Shown: positions 32,041 to 42,062, counted from the stretch's first letter. The stretch: DNA of 64,000 bases from Alphaproteobacteria bacterium (GCA_963923945.1 OZ000551.1:1557580-1621579), one strand, 5' to 3'. The notes: generated from the letters alone by a model not told the origin. Numbers and translations are program-made.

Positions 32041-32306
32041 TCTCCTTTAAGTCATGTTTTTGACATATGCGGCTTTACGAATCGTTCAGCCTCATAGGGG
32101 TCAGGTAATAAAGAGGATCCAGATACGAACCCCTCCGTATGATGAAAACAATTTAGCCCGATAACATGAAAAAATCGTTATCTCTGCCTGCGCCTGAAGG
32201 GGTATCGGCCCATCTATAAAGGGGTATGAGGACCATACAGCCAAAGAGGTATGGCATGCTTTTTTGGTGATGGTTGGGTGGCGGTGCCCTGGCGCTCAAA
32301 TCTTGG

Positions 32307-32990
32307 CTATCCCTTGGGTTTGAGCGAGTCGGGAGGATTTTGAATGCTGTCTCGGGGTGTCTCTTGGCCAGCCATATGGGCGATACGTTGTGGGCTGTGA
32401 TGATCAACAACATTGAAGGTGGCCGGAACCCGCGGGCGATAAAAGGCCCGGTGATAAATACGTTGCGGGGAGGCAAAAATATCGGTCAGGAACCAAGGTT
32501 GGTATTCATAGAACACCTCCCCAGCAATGACGGTTTCCCAGGTTTCGGGGACAAAATTGGCCGGGAAGTTGGGGTGTTGTTTTTCCCGACCCAGTTCACT
32601 TTGGACATTCAAGGTCCCGCCACCGGCATTTTGCTTGATGATGGTTGGCTGGGGATCACTCGGGTTGCGTCTTTGGATGATCGAGATGATGATTCGTCCA
32701 TCGGGTTCATTGTCCCGGAAACGGAAAGGCTGCATCAAACTTGGGGCAATCGCATAAATTGTCTGCAGTTGGCTGTTGTCGATCAAGGTTTCACGGGCGG
32801 TCAAATCGGCCACCCGATTGGCCAAATAGCTCAGCTTCTGATTCAAAAATAGGTAGAGAACCAATTCACTGCCGCCAAGGGCGAGCAAAACCAGCAACGG
32901 GATGACGATGGCAAATTCGATCAAGACCGAGCCGCGTTCACCCTCTCCTTGCCGTTTATTGGCCCTCATACTGATCCATCGTATCATCAC
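32307..32990 (-). CDS. TadE/TadF-like pseudopilin (TadE N-terminal domain)
   Basis: The N-terminus ERGSVLIEFAIVIPLLVLLALG matches the TadE-like processed N-terminal domain; 227 aa. Confidence 0.65.
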   Translation of the reverse strand: MMIRWISMRANKRQGEGERGSVLIEFAIVIPLLVLLALGGSELVLYLFLNQKLSYLANRVADLTARETLIDNSQLQTIYAIAPSLMQPFRFRDNEPDGRIIISIIQRRNPSDPQPTIIKQNAGGGTLNVQSELGREKQHPNFPANFVPETWETVIAGEVFYEYQPWFLTDIFASPQRIYHRAFYRPRVPATFNVVDHHSPQRIAHMAGQETPRDSIQNPPDSLKPKG

Positions 32991-33037
32991 ATAACCCTAA
33001 TTACCCTAATTGTGGTTCCGCCTTTGACGCCGCCGCA

Positions 33038-33646
33038 TCAAAAGGGTTCGTTGCGCACCGCAATCCGTGCTGAAACCTGGCTGTTGCCGAGGAACGGCTC
33101 CATAATCGGACTGATGGCATCCCAGGGATGGCTGGCCTCATAGAGGACAACATCATTCCCCCCACCCAGGCCTTGGCGGCCTTGATCCGGGTCCCAACGG
33201 CCGTTGCCATTGGTATCGGTGTAATGCTCACCGGGATCATAGCGGCCGTTGCCGTTGCCATCATTGAAGGGTTCGGGCTGGTCGATATTATCAAAAGAAT
33301 CATAGACCTTATAGGTCAGGGTGAGTTGGGTGTTTTCAAACAAGCCGTAGCTGTTTTCCAGAATGATCCGGCGGATCATGTCTTCGCGTGAAGACCCGGC
33401 CAAGCTCCGGCCGACCGCCCCAAAACGCGAGGCCTCCTGAATGCCCGACTGAAGAACAATATCGGCGAAAAAACGCAGCGAAAACTCGGCAATACCAATG
33501 ATCAAAAGAAAAAAAATCGGCAGAATATAGGCCATTTCCAGAACCGTCGCGCCGCGCTGGTCGGCAGCCAAACCAGGCCGTAAAGATGCGGGATGCATGC
33601 GCATATCACGCATATGTAAAAAAGAATGAGCAGCTACCATCATCAA
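33038..33646 (-). CDS. TadE-like pseudopilin with duplicated Asp/Asn/Gly-rich putative Ca-binding loops
   Basis: Has the TadE motif GATVLEMAYILPIFFLLIIG and an internal segment FNDGNGNGRYDPGEHYTDTNGNGRWDPDQG (two NGNGRxDP repeats). The start is uncertain; an alternative is MRMHPASL. Confidence 0.65.
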   Translation of the reverse strand: MMMVAAHSFLHMRDMRMHPASLRPGLAADQRGATVLEMAYILPIFFLLIIGIAEFSLRFFADIVLQSGIQEASRFGAVGRSLAGSSREDMIRRIILENSYGLFENTQLTLTYKVYDSFDNIDQPEPFNDGNGNGRYDPGEHYTDTNGNGRWDPDQGRQGLGGGNDVVLYEASHPWDAISPIMEPFLGNSQVSARIAVRNEPF

Positions 33647-33761
33647 TCCAGATTAACAAATCAAGGTTAGGGATCACTTAACGCGCCGGTCCATCTTTTG
33701 AATAAAAAGGTCTGCACGAAGGGGCCGTCTTGCAAAAAGAATTAAGACACCGGTCCAATGT

Positions 33762-35018
33762 TTAATTGACCACCCGCAACGTGGTGAGCTGATCGCCGAT
33801 ATTGATGAACGCCTCTTCCAATGTTTTTTGATCCACCGATTCAAAAAAATGATCGGCTGAACTGGCGCAATCCAGCATCACTTGCCGGGCCTGGGTGTTG
33901 TTGAGTTCCAGACCGATGGTATAAATCACCACCCCTAAGGTTTTCATGGCCGAACAAGCGGCACTCTGCTGGGCATCAGAATGGGAGTTGTCATTGGCAC
34001 CATCGCTGAGCATCACCACAATTTTTTGAACCCCGGGGAGCTGGTAATCGGCAATATCCTGAAGCCCCCAATCATTGCGCCAGCGGGGTGATAAGCTGCG
34101 CCAGCCCCATAATATGCCGTAATCACCACGGGTTGAGCTGAAAAGGCCCGGAAATATCTGGGCGATATAGCCATGGAGAGCATTTTTATTATTGGTGAGG
34201 GGCTGGATGGTTTTGTTGCATCCGTCAAGGGCAAAGGCGATTTGAAATTTGCCATCACCAGGTGGTGCGTCCCCTTGCTCGCCATTGACCCGTTCTTGAA
34301 CACAGCCCCGCCAAAAAATCCAATCGGCAAAACCGCCGTCGGCCCAGCCGTTGCGGCTGCTGCCGATATTGATCACCGAAGTGTAAGGAATGACCGAAAC
34401 CCGGACATTGGTCGGATAATCCTCAGGCCCAAACAGAATATCAATCAGCCTGTTGGCCCCCTCTTTGACGCTGTTTATTCGGCTTCCCCGCATGCTGGTG
34501 CTGGCATCAATAACCAGGGCCAGTTCAACCCGACCGGAACTGCCCCGTTGGATCGCTGACGAAACCTGGACCGGGATCGTATTGATCCCGAACAAGCGGC
34601 TAAAAGCGGTCTCTACATGTGCGGTTGCGGTGAGCGAGAGTTGGCCCTCTTGCTCTTGTATATTCAACTGCATACTGTTCCCGACCCAGCCTTCCAGGGA
34701 GAGGGCATTGGCAGAAAAATAATCCTCAGCAACGCTTTCTCTTTGGGCGGATTCGGCGTGCATGGCTGCCAGACCGGCCGAATCAAGGGCCGCGCGCATA
34801 CCAATCTGAACCGTGTAAACACTCACCCCATCCATCGCCAACCCCATCAAGCCGAGAATGGGCAAGGCCATCACCGCCAATGCCAGGGTGCTGACACCCC
34901 GTTGATCGCTATGGAATGCTTTGGCTCTGATCATCGCCACCAGTGCCGCGCAGCTTTGCGCCCCAATCATCACCCAGTCGTCTCCAAACAAGTTGATGGG
35001 ATCGTGGATGTAAGACAA
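33762..35018 (-). CDS. tadG: TadG-like pilus assembly protein with vWA domain
   Basis: Has the N-terminal TadG/Flp-pilus-assembly TM segment (STLALAVMALPILGLMGLAMDG) and a vWA MIDAS motif (LALVIDASTSMRGS). Confidence 0.7.
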   Translation of the reverse strand: MSYIHDPINLFGDDWVMIGAQSCAALVAMIRAKAFHSDQRGVSTLALAVMALPILGLMGLAMDGVSVYTVQIGMRAALDSAGLAAMHAESAQRESVAEDYFSANALSLEGWVGNSMQLNIQEQEGQLSLTATAHVETAFSRLFGINTIPVQVSSAIQRGSSGRVELALVIDASTSMRGSRINSVKEGANRLIDILFGPEDYPTNVRVSVIPYTSVINIGSSRNGWADGGFADWIFWRGCVQERVNGEQGDAPPGDGKFQIAFALDGCNKTIQPLTNNKNALHGYIAQIFPGLFSSTRGDYGILWGWRSLSPRWRNDWGLQDIADYQLPGVQKIVVMLSDGANDNSHSDAQQSAACSAMKTLGVVIYTIGLELNNTQARQVMLDCASSADHFFESVDQKTLEEAFINIGDQLTTLRVVN

Positions 35019-35211
35019 TCCACCCGACCACCATTGATCCAGCGACCTCCTGATAGAAGGCCGTGCCGACTTGTGGTTATGTTAGGGGATGGAATTTACG
35101 GTTTTCTTAAATTGACCTCTTAATTTCCCAACCCTCCCTCTTATGATCCGTATAATCTCCAAGAGACCCCATGCTCAAGAGTTGGGGAGCAGGCCTTGCT
35201 CAACATTCTCT

Positions 35212-35919
35212 TTATAGAGTTTCTCTTGGTGAAGATTCGGCTTGATTTCTTGATGAGGAGCCGGTTTGCCAGGAAAAGTAAAAGCTGGCCAAAACCGCCC
35301 CGATAATTTGGGCGGTGATGAACAACCCAATATCAGCCGGCGCGATGCCGGTGAAACCATCGGTCAAGGCCCGGCCCACAGTCACCGCCGGGTTGGCAAA
35401 AGAGGTTGAGGCTGTAAACCAAATGGCTGCGGTGATATAGCCCCCGACCGCACCAGCGACCGCTTCAGCGCGCCATCGGCCGACAAATAAAATGACCGTG
35501 AGCAACCCGAAAGTGGCCACCATTTCACTGAGGAATTGTCCAAACCCGTTGCGGCTGGTTTGAGAAATTTGCCATAATGATTGATCAAACATGGCATGAA
35601 TGATCAAAACGCCCGAAATACCCCCCAAGATCTGAACCACCATATAGGCGGCCGCCGTACGGGACGTGATTTCTCGCCGCAACGCCATGACCAATGTCAC
35701 CGCCGGGTTGAAATGGCCCCCGGAAACCGGTCCCCAAATGCTAATAAAAACCTGTAGCGCCATGCCGGTCGCCAACGCATTAGCCATCAAGACCAGTGCC
35801 AATACGCCATTAGCCAACTGGCTGCCCATGATTCCAGAACCAACAATCGCCATCAGTAAAGCGGCGGTCCCGCAATATTCAGCCCCCAAGCGGCGGCCGA
35901 GTGTCGTGGTGTTATCCAT
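35212..35919 (-). CDS. MIP family channel (aquaporin/glycerol facilitator)
   Basis: The 235-aa, 6-TM product carries the NPA motif (GGHFNPAVTL) and a second NPA-like box. Confidence 0.85.
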   Translation of the reverse strand: MDNTTTLGRRLGAEYCGTAALLMAIVGSGIMGSQLANGVLALVLMANALATGMALQVFISIWGPVSGGHFNPAVTLVMALRREITSRTAAAYMVVQILGGISGVLIIHAMFDQSLWQISQTSRNGFGQFLSEMVATFGLLTVILFVGRWRAEAVAGAVGGYITAAIWFTASTSFANPAVTVGRALTDGFTGIAPADIGLFITAQIIGAVLASFYFSWQTGSSSRNQAESSPRETL

Positions 35920-36250
35920 GAGTGAAATCTCCGTTTTTTTGCTTTTTTCTAGCTTTTTTCTAAAGTGTTACGGGAAAGATTGAATCTTTGAAAATCCATA
36001 AAAACCAGATCAAAGATAATTGTATCAAAACATATTGATCCATTTTCGCAACCGGATATGAAGGTTGAAACCCGATAGGATGATCAAGCGATGATACAGC
36101 CTTGCCACGGCCGATTGGTGACGCTATCACCCAAGAGGTTTTTTTAAGAGATCATTGCGCCAGAATATGAAAAACCGGCGCGTGAGAAACCAGCTCATCA
36201 CGAGTGAGGCCAACAATGACCAATACAAACCATGACTTCTACGGCCTATC

Positions 36251-37276
36251 ATGACCTATAATGTTGCTGTTGTTGGCGCAACCGGTAATGTTGGGCGCGA
36301 AATTGTGCAAATTTTGGCCGAACGTCAATTTCCGATTGCCGATATTGCGGCCTTGGCTTCCAGCAATTCGGCCGGAAAAGAAATATCCTTCGGGGCCGAT
36401 CGGGTGCTCACGGTGGCGCCTTTGGATGGATATGATTTTTCTCAGACTGATATTGTTCTTTCCTCCCCGGGCAGTAAAGCCGCGGCTGCCTTTGTGCCGC
36501 GTGCGGTTGCGGCTGGGGCGGTGGTGATTGATAATAGTTCGTATTTTCGGATGGAACCGGATGTGCCGCTGGTTGTTCCAGAGGTCAACCCACAGGATAT
36601 CGCCGATTATGGCCAGCGGCATATCATTGCCAACCCGAATTGCTCAACCATTCAAATGGTGATGGCTTTGAAACCGCTTCATGACATGGCACCAATTAAA
36701 CGGGTGGTGGTGGCGACATATCAATCGGTTTCTGGAGCCGGCAAAGCCGCGATGGATGAATTATTCAGCCAAACCCGCAATATTTATGTCAATGATCCGA
36801 TAGAAAAAACCGCCTTTACCAAGCAGATTGCTTTTAATGTCATCCCGCATATTGATGCATTCATGGGCGGGGGCGAAACCAAGGAAGAATGGAAGATGAG
36901 TGTTGAGACTCGCAAGATTCTCGATCCATCAATTGAGGTCATCGCCACTTGTGTCCGGGTCCCGACCTTCATCGGTCATGGTGAGGCGGTTCATGTCGAG
37001 TTCGCCTCACCGATTGATGAAGAGGTGGCGCGTGATCGGTTGAAGAATTTCCCGGGGCTGGTGGTGGTTGATCACCGGGTTGATGAGGGTTATGTCACCC
37101 CGGTTGAGTCTGTGGGTGAGGACGGCGTTTATGTGAGCCGCATACGTATTGATCCAACGGTTGATCATGGTCTGGCGTTTTGGCTGGTTGCCGATAATCT
37201 GCGCAAAGGGGCCGCTTTGAATGCCGTACAAATTGCTGAAATTCTGGCCAAAGATTATCTGGCTGATCGGCGGTGA
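36251..37276 (+). CDS. asd: aspartate-semialdehyde dehydrogenase
   Basis: Contains the NAD-binding motif GATGNVG and the catalytic Cys region NPNCSTIQMV; 341 aa. Confidence 0.9.
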   Translation: MTYNVAVVGATGNVGREIVQILAERQFPIADIAALASSNSAGKEISFGADRVLTVAPLDGYDFSQTDIVLSSPGSKAAAAFVPRAVAAGAVVIDNSSYFRMEPDVPLVVPEVNPQDIADYGQRHIIANPNCSTIQMVMALKPLHDMAPIKRVVVATYQSVSGAGKAAMDELFSQTRNIYVNDPIEKTAFTKQIAFNVIPHIDAFMGGGETKEEWKMSVETRKILDPSIEVIATCVRVPTFIGHGEAVHVEFASPIDEEVARDRLKNFPGLVVVDHRVDEGYVTPVESVGEDGVYVSRIRIDPTVDHGLAFWLVADNLRKGAALNAVQIAEILAKDYLADRR

Positions 37277-37291
37277 TGATGGGTCTACCTC

Positions 37292-37320
37292 GAAAGAGGG
37301 GGGCTGATCCCTCTTAATTT
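37292..37320 (+). terminator. putative terminator after asd
   Basis: Hairpin agagggg-ggctgat-ccctct followed by taattt. Confidence 0.4.
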
Positions 37321-37332
37321 CCGGGGCCATAT

Positions 37333-38874
37333 TTGCAGAAAATTTACCTTATAGAGCCGATAGTGGGCGGTGACGTTCGGCCGCTGATCTGGCCGGTTGT
37401 GAAACTGCCCCAGCCATCGGGTATAGGCTTTGATGAGGTCAAGATGACATCTGCCCAACAGCTTTTAAGGCGTTTGATCTGTTTTCATTTTCTCCGGTTG
37501 GGACGGTCTGAGGAAGGATCAATCGCCATTTATATGTCCATCTCCATCGTTGCGCTGATTGGTCTTGCCGGATTGGCTCTTGACGGTGCACGGGTTTACA
37601 GCGTCAAGACGCGGTTACAAGAATCCCTTGATGCAGCCGCTTTGGCGGCAACCCAGTCGACCGACAAAGAACGCGAAGACACCGCAATCCGCTATTTCCA
37701 CTCCAATTATGGACGTTTTTTAGAAAGTGAACTTAAAGAGCCCGCGACTCGCTACGATGCCCAAGAGCGGGAATTGTCGATGGATGTTGCGGCCACCGTC
37801 CCGGTCACCTTCATGAAGCTGTTCGGCTTTGATGAGGTCACGGTCCGGGTATCGACAACCATCAAACGTCAGATCAGCGAATTGGAGGCCGCCTTGGTGC
37901 TGGATGTGAGCACCAGCATGGGCCAGTACGGGCGAATCGAAAGCCTACGTCAAGCGACCAGAGATTTTATTGATGTCCTGTACGGCAAAGATGATCGCAT
38001 CAATGAAATTCGGGTTTCCATTGTCCCTTATACCGGTTCGGTGAATATTGGGAATGGGTTTAAGAAATGGACAACCCCGCAATGGGAAGATTGGAAAGGC
38101 TGTGTCCATGATCGAGCTGGCTCCTCAAAGGGGGATGCGCCGCCATCAAGTGGGCATTTCAAAACCGATTTTTATCACCCCGAGCATCCCTTCATCCAAT
38201 GGGAGGATCAAGCACGGCGCAAGGGATGGACAAAAACCGGCAAACGAAGCTGGGTGCGCAAAGCCAACGCCGCCGAAGTGATCGCCTCATTGGGGGCCTT
38301 GCGCTTTGTGCCGGAAAAAAATCCCCACACCCATCCGTCTGAAGAGCGTCAATTTTGCACCAGTAGCGTGGTCGAACCATTGCGCAGCAATCGGCCCGCT
38401 TTGCTGAATGATCTGCGGGGAATACAAGCAACCACCAGATATCAAACCTTGCGTAAACCCCCATCGAACGGAACCCGCACTGATCTTGGTTTGCTATGGG
38501 GATGGCGGACCCTTTCACCGCAATGGCGCACTCTATGGTCCGGGAGTCCCCGAGTCACCAATTACCACCAAGATGGGGTGACCAAAGCCGTGGTTCTGAT
38601 GACCGATGGTTCCAACACCGCCAATATCAGCCGCCATCTCACCGCCAACAAGATTGATCAAAACATGGATCGAATTTGTGCCGATATGAAACAAAGAGAT
38701 GGTATTATTGTTTACGTGGTGGCTCTTGAGGTTAAGCAGGCGGCTTTCAAGCAGCGTTTGCGGAGATGTGCTTCCTCGGCTTCGCATTATTTTGAGTCGG
38801 TTTCTCGCGAAGATCTACGCCAAGCTTTTCAAACCGTGGCCAATCAACTGATTGGATTGCGGGTGACCCAATAA
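37333..38874 (+). CDS. second TadG-like vWA-domain pilus protein (paralog)
   Basis: Has the TadG-type N-terminal TM segment (SIAIYMSISIVALIGLAGLALDGARVY) and a vWA MIDAS (LVLDVSTSMGQ). The start is probably downstream of 37333, for example at MTSAQQ (37444). Confidence 0.65.
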   Translation: MQKIYLIEPIVGGDVRPLIWPVVKLPQPSGIGFDEVKMTSAQQLLRRLICFHFLRLGRSEEGSIAIYMSISIVALIGLAGLALDGARVYSVKTRLQESLDAAALAATQSTDKEREDTAIRYFHSNYGRFLESELKEPATRYDAQERELSMDVAATVPVTFMKLFGFDEVTVRVSTTIKRQISELEAALVLDVSTSMGQYGRIESLRQATRDFIDVLYGKDDRINEIRVSIVPYTGSVNIGNGFKKWTTPQWEDWKGCVHDRAGSSKGDAPPSSGHFKTDFYHPEHPFIQWEDQARRKGWTKTGKRSWVRKANAAEVIASLGALRFVPEKNPHTHPSEERQFCTSSVVEPLRSNRPALLNDLRGIQATTRYQTLRKPPSNGTRTDLGLLWGWRTLSPQWRTLWSGSPRVTNYHQDGVTKAVVLMTDGSNTANISRHLTANKIDQNMDRICADMKQRDGIIVYVVALEVKQAAFKQRLRRCASSASHYFESVSREDLRQAFQTVANQLIGLRVTQ

Positions 38875-38966
38875 AAAAGATATCCAATAAAAAACTACTC
38901 AGACCCATTGGCGCCCTTGTTCAGGAAGCCCGAACCGGGCATGATAATCCTCTTTATGTTGCTGAT

Positions 38967-39641
38967 TTGATGTCCCTGGTATGTATGTCTCAGTCCCCAG
39001 AACTTTCCGGCCCTTTTTTGCCGCCTGTTGATGATGGTCCGGTTCAACATTTGGTGGTGTTGCTGCATGGCTATGGAGCCGATGGTCATGATCTGATCGG
39101 GTTGGGCCGGGAATGGGGGCCTGATTTGCCAGGCACCGCCTTTATCTCCCCCCATGCGCCCTCCCCGTGCGCGATGGCCGGTCGGCAATGGTTTCCGTTG
39201 CCAGAAATGAGCATTGAAGTGGCCCGCAACGGTGTCGCGATGGCCCTGCCGATTCTTGACTCTTTCCTTGCTGCCACCTTGCGGGCGCATCGGCTCACTG
39301 TGGGTGATGTTTCCCTGGTTGGTTTTTCACAAGGCGGGATGATGGCTTTGGCTGCCGGTCTGAAACATGCTTACGCGGCGGTCATTTCTTATTCTGGTAT
39401 TTTGGGCCTGGATATGCCGCCAGCACCCCCCGCCTCGGGTTATCCACCGGTTTTATTGGTTCATGGTGATGCCGATCCGGTGGTGCCATCGGCTTCTTTG
39501 GGCTATTCGCGTGATCTTCTTGAAAACTGGGGGATTAGGGTTTGCGCCCATCTGCGCCCGGGTCTGGGGCATGGGATTGATGGTCAAGGATTACGTTTGG
39601 GGCTGGATTTTCTCAGACAAAATAAAAATCAAGGACAATAA
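38967..39641 (+). CDS. alpha/beta hydrolase, phospholipase/carboxylesterase family
   Basis: Contains HGYGADGHDL and the nucleophile elbow GFSQGG; about 224 aa. Confidence 0.7.
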   Translation: MMSLVCMSQSPELSGPFLPPVDDGPVQHLVVLLHGYGADGHDLIGLGREWGPDLPGTAFISPHAPSPCAMAGRQWFPLPEMSIEVARNGVAMALPILDSFLAATLRAHRLTVGDVSLVGFSQGGMMALAAGLKHAYAAVISYSGILGLDMPPAPPASGYPPVLLVHGDADPVVPSASLGYSRDLLENWGIRVCAHLRPGLGHGIDGQGLRLGLDFLRQNKNQGQ

Positions 39642-39841
39642 TCTTATATTGGGTTTGGTGGTCAGGATTGCTTTTATGGTGCAGAGCCTGTCAATCTCTT
39701 ACATGTTGATGGCCTTATCGGAACCCTTTGAATATATTGATCATATCAACAGCATCTATTGAATAAATATAGGGATGAGATAAATATAATCATGAGATAA
39801 ACAAAGAACAAAAAAAAGAATAAAAAAAGAGAGCAAAACCC

Positions 39842-40399
39842 TTGTCGGTTCCTGACCATTGTCCAGCCCTGGTTCTCAATGCTGATTTTCAGCCATTGAG
39901 TTATTTTCCCTTGTCATTATGGTCATGGCAGGATGCCATCAAGGCGGTCTTTTTGGAGCGGGTCAATGTGGTCTCGGAATATGATTATCAGGCTCATTCG
40001 CCCAATCTTTCAATCCGCTTGCCCAGTGTCATCAGCTTAAAACGTTATGTCTCTCTTTCGCGCCAGCCGGCCTTTACCCGGTTCAATGTCTTTTTGCGGG
40101 ATCGATTTTGTTGCCAATATTGCCATCATCTGTTTCAGGCTGAGGAACTCACATTCGATCATCTGGTGCCGCGTTCACGCGGTGGGCGGACCACCTGGAA
40201 TAATGTGGTGACCGCGTGCACGGCTTGTAACTTGCGTAAAGGCAATCGCGCCTTGGCTGAATGCGGTCTCAATCTTAAAACCAGCCCAATTTGTCCGACC
40301 ACCCGCGATTTACAGGAAAAAGGACGGGCCTTCCCGCCCAATTATCTTCATAAGAGTTGGGGGGATTTTCTCTATTGGGATTCCGAATTGGACCCTTGA
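39842..40399 (+). CDS. HNH endonuclease family protein
   Basis: Carries an HNH motif with Cys4 zinc ligands (CQYCHH…FDHLVPRSRGG…NNVVTACTACNLRKG); 185 aa. Confidence 0.75.
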   Translation: MSVPDHCPALVLNADFQPLSYFPLSLWSWQDAIKAVFLERVNVVSEYDYQAHSPNLSIRLPSVISLKRYVSLSRQPAFTRFNVFLRDRFCCQYCHHLFQAEELTFDHLVPRSRGGRTTWNNVVTACTACNLRKGNRALAECGLNLKTSPICPTTRDLQEKGRAFPPNYLHKSWGDFLYWDSELDP

Positions 40400-40929
40400 G
40401 TCACGCTGAGAGAAGCGCCACGGATGCAGAGGAGCATCAAAAACAGCGACAGGACTCCGTTATAAGCGGCCATCGACAGACCCAACAACGACCACGCCAC
40501 TTCATCGCAGCGCACCACCGGTGCCGCCAAGAGAGCGGCCCGCAATGCATCAATCGAGTCCGCCTCCAGCGGGGCCGAACACTCGGCACTTCCGCTCCAC
40601 CAGCCTTGCTCAACCCCGACATGGTTTGCGGCCAACCCCAGCCCGATAAGGGCCGCCACCCCGGCCAGGGTGAAGAGCACCGCCACCATATGATCGGCTT
40701 TCGGGCTATCTCCGGCCTTCCATCGCAGCCAAGCCGCCGCCCCAGCGGTCATAATAATCGCCAGATGCGGCCAACGTTGATCAACGCATAAGGGACAAGG
40801 CCGCAAGCCGCCGACATATTGGGAAAGCAGGGCCGCCGCCAAGGCAACGGCGGATAAACCGGCAACCAATAACGCCAAGAGACGCGGCTCCAATGTGTTG
40901 CCAAACAATTTTTTGATCATGTTGGGCAT
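40372..40929 (-). CDS. dsbB: disulfide bond formation protein B
   Basis: Four TM helices with the CxxC pair (LRPCPLCVDQRW) and a second periplasmic-loop Cys pair. Its 3' end overlaps the HNH gene convergently by 28 nt. Confidence 0.7.
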   Translation of the reverse strand: MPNMIKKLFGNTLEPRLLALLVAGLSAVALAAALLSQYVGGLRPCPLCVDQRWPHLAIIMTAGAAAWLRWKAGDSPKADHMVAVLFTLAGVAALIGLGLAANHVGVEQGWWSGSAECSAPLEADSIDALRAALLAAPVVRCDEVAWSLLGLSMAAYNGVLSLFLMLLCIRGASLSVTQGSNSESQ

Positions 40930-41001
40930 AATTGTTCAGCTGCTCTGGTCAGGCTGTGAGTGAGGGTATGGGGGCCGATTTTTGGATTGTTCGATCATTG
41001 T

Positions 41002-41589
41002 TCAAGCCCCCATCAGCCGACCAATCGCCATGAAGCCGCCAATCAAAATAATCAAAAAGAGGACTGTCACCCAACCCAGCCGTTTTTCCAAAAAGACCTG
41101 CACCGGGGGGCCGAATTTCCATACCAGCCCGGCCACAAGAAAAAATCGCGCACCCCGCGATGCCAGAGCCGCCAGGCAGAAAACCGCTAAATTGAGATCA
41201 ACCACGCCGCTGGCGATGGTTACAACCTTGAACGGGATCGGTGTGAAGCCGCCAACCGCCACAATCCAGGCTCCGTATTGGGTGTAGAGGTCCTGAAAAT
41301 TTTGAAATTCACTGCTGTAATGATAAAAATCGAGCAAAGGACGGGCCACCGTTTCAAAGAACAGAAAACCGATCCCATACCCCAATAATCCCCCGGCGAC
41401 CGAGGTGAGCGTACACAGGGCGGCATAACGCCATGCCCGGTCCCGGCGGGCCAGGACCATCGGGATCAATAAGACATCAGGGGGTATGGGAAAAACCGTG
41501 CTTTCGGCAAAGCTCACCCCCGCCAATGCCGTCCCGGCCCGGCGGTGACCGGCCAGACGCAAAGTCCAATTATAGAGTTTTGCCATCAT
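41002..41589 (-). CDS. YqaA/DedA family membrane protein
   Basis: The 195-aa product has conserved DedA-type re-entrant motifs (VFPIPPDVLLIPMV…GFTPIPFKV). Confidence 0.7.
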   Translation of the reverse strand: MMAKLYNWTLRLAGHRRAGTALAGVSFAESTVFPIPPDVLLIPMVLARRDRAWRYAALCTLTSVAGGLLGYGIGFLFFETVARPLLDFYHYSSEFQNFQDLYTQYGAWIVAVGGFTPIPFKVVTIASGVVDLNLAVFCLAALASRGARFFLVAGLVWKFGPPVQVFLEKRLGWVTVLFLIILIGGFMAIGRLMGA

Positions 41590-41818
41590 AAGAACGGCAT
41601 AACAGCCTTTGCCCGAGGCGTCCAGAATTCAACCTTTCTTTTGCCAATAAAACAGCCCAATAAAACAACCAGGAATGCCCAAGCTTGATTGCTTCAAACG
41701 CATGGTCCTTAAAAGCCACGATGATGCAACCGAATCTGGACAACAGGTGGTGGGCTGTTTACTCTGCTTATGTATTGAGATACCCATAAATGAATTGCAT
41801 GGGTTGAAAATCTCTCGT

Positions 41819-41905
41819 GCGGATGTGGCGGAATTGGTAGACGCGCCAGACTCAAAATCTGGTGGGGGCAACTCCGTGAGAGTTCGAGTCTCTCCATCCG
41901 CACCA
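41819..41905 (+). tRNA. tRNA-Leu (anticodon CAA)
   Basis: Folded by hand: acceptor GCGGATG/CATCCGC, D-arm GCGG…ACGC, anticodon stem CCAGA/TCTGG with loop CTCAAAA, a long class II variable arm, T-arm GAGAG-TTCGAGT-CTCTC, and an encoded CCA. Confidence 0.9.
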
Positions 41906-42062
41906 TTGCCCAATTTCCGGCGTTGGTGCAGTGTTGGGTATTGCTCTTGGCCTCGCGATGGCTGTTTTGTGCATCTGTTTCGCCCAATGGGATGATTGAT
42001 TGTGCCGATGCCATTTCCGCTATTTTGCGATGGCGCGTTGCCTCGTAATTGATTTTTCCGGA

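Noticed and set aside
34617-35123. 168-aa plus-strand ORF overlapping the tadG 5' region
   Set aside because: It is antisense to TadG, which has the clear N-terminal TM and vWA signature, and shows no motifs of its own.
36239-36622. 127-aa minus-strand ORF overlapping the asd start
   Set aside because: It is antisense to the highly conserved asd N-terminal NAD-binding region, so this is a shadow ORF.
39367-39762. 131-aa ORF overlapping the esterase 3' end and extending into the AT-rich spacer
   Set aside because: It is out of frame with the esterase. The product is Trp/Ile-rich nonsense from AT-rich DNA, with no RBS context.
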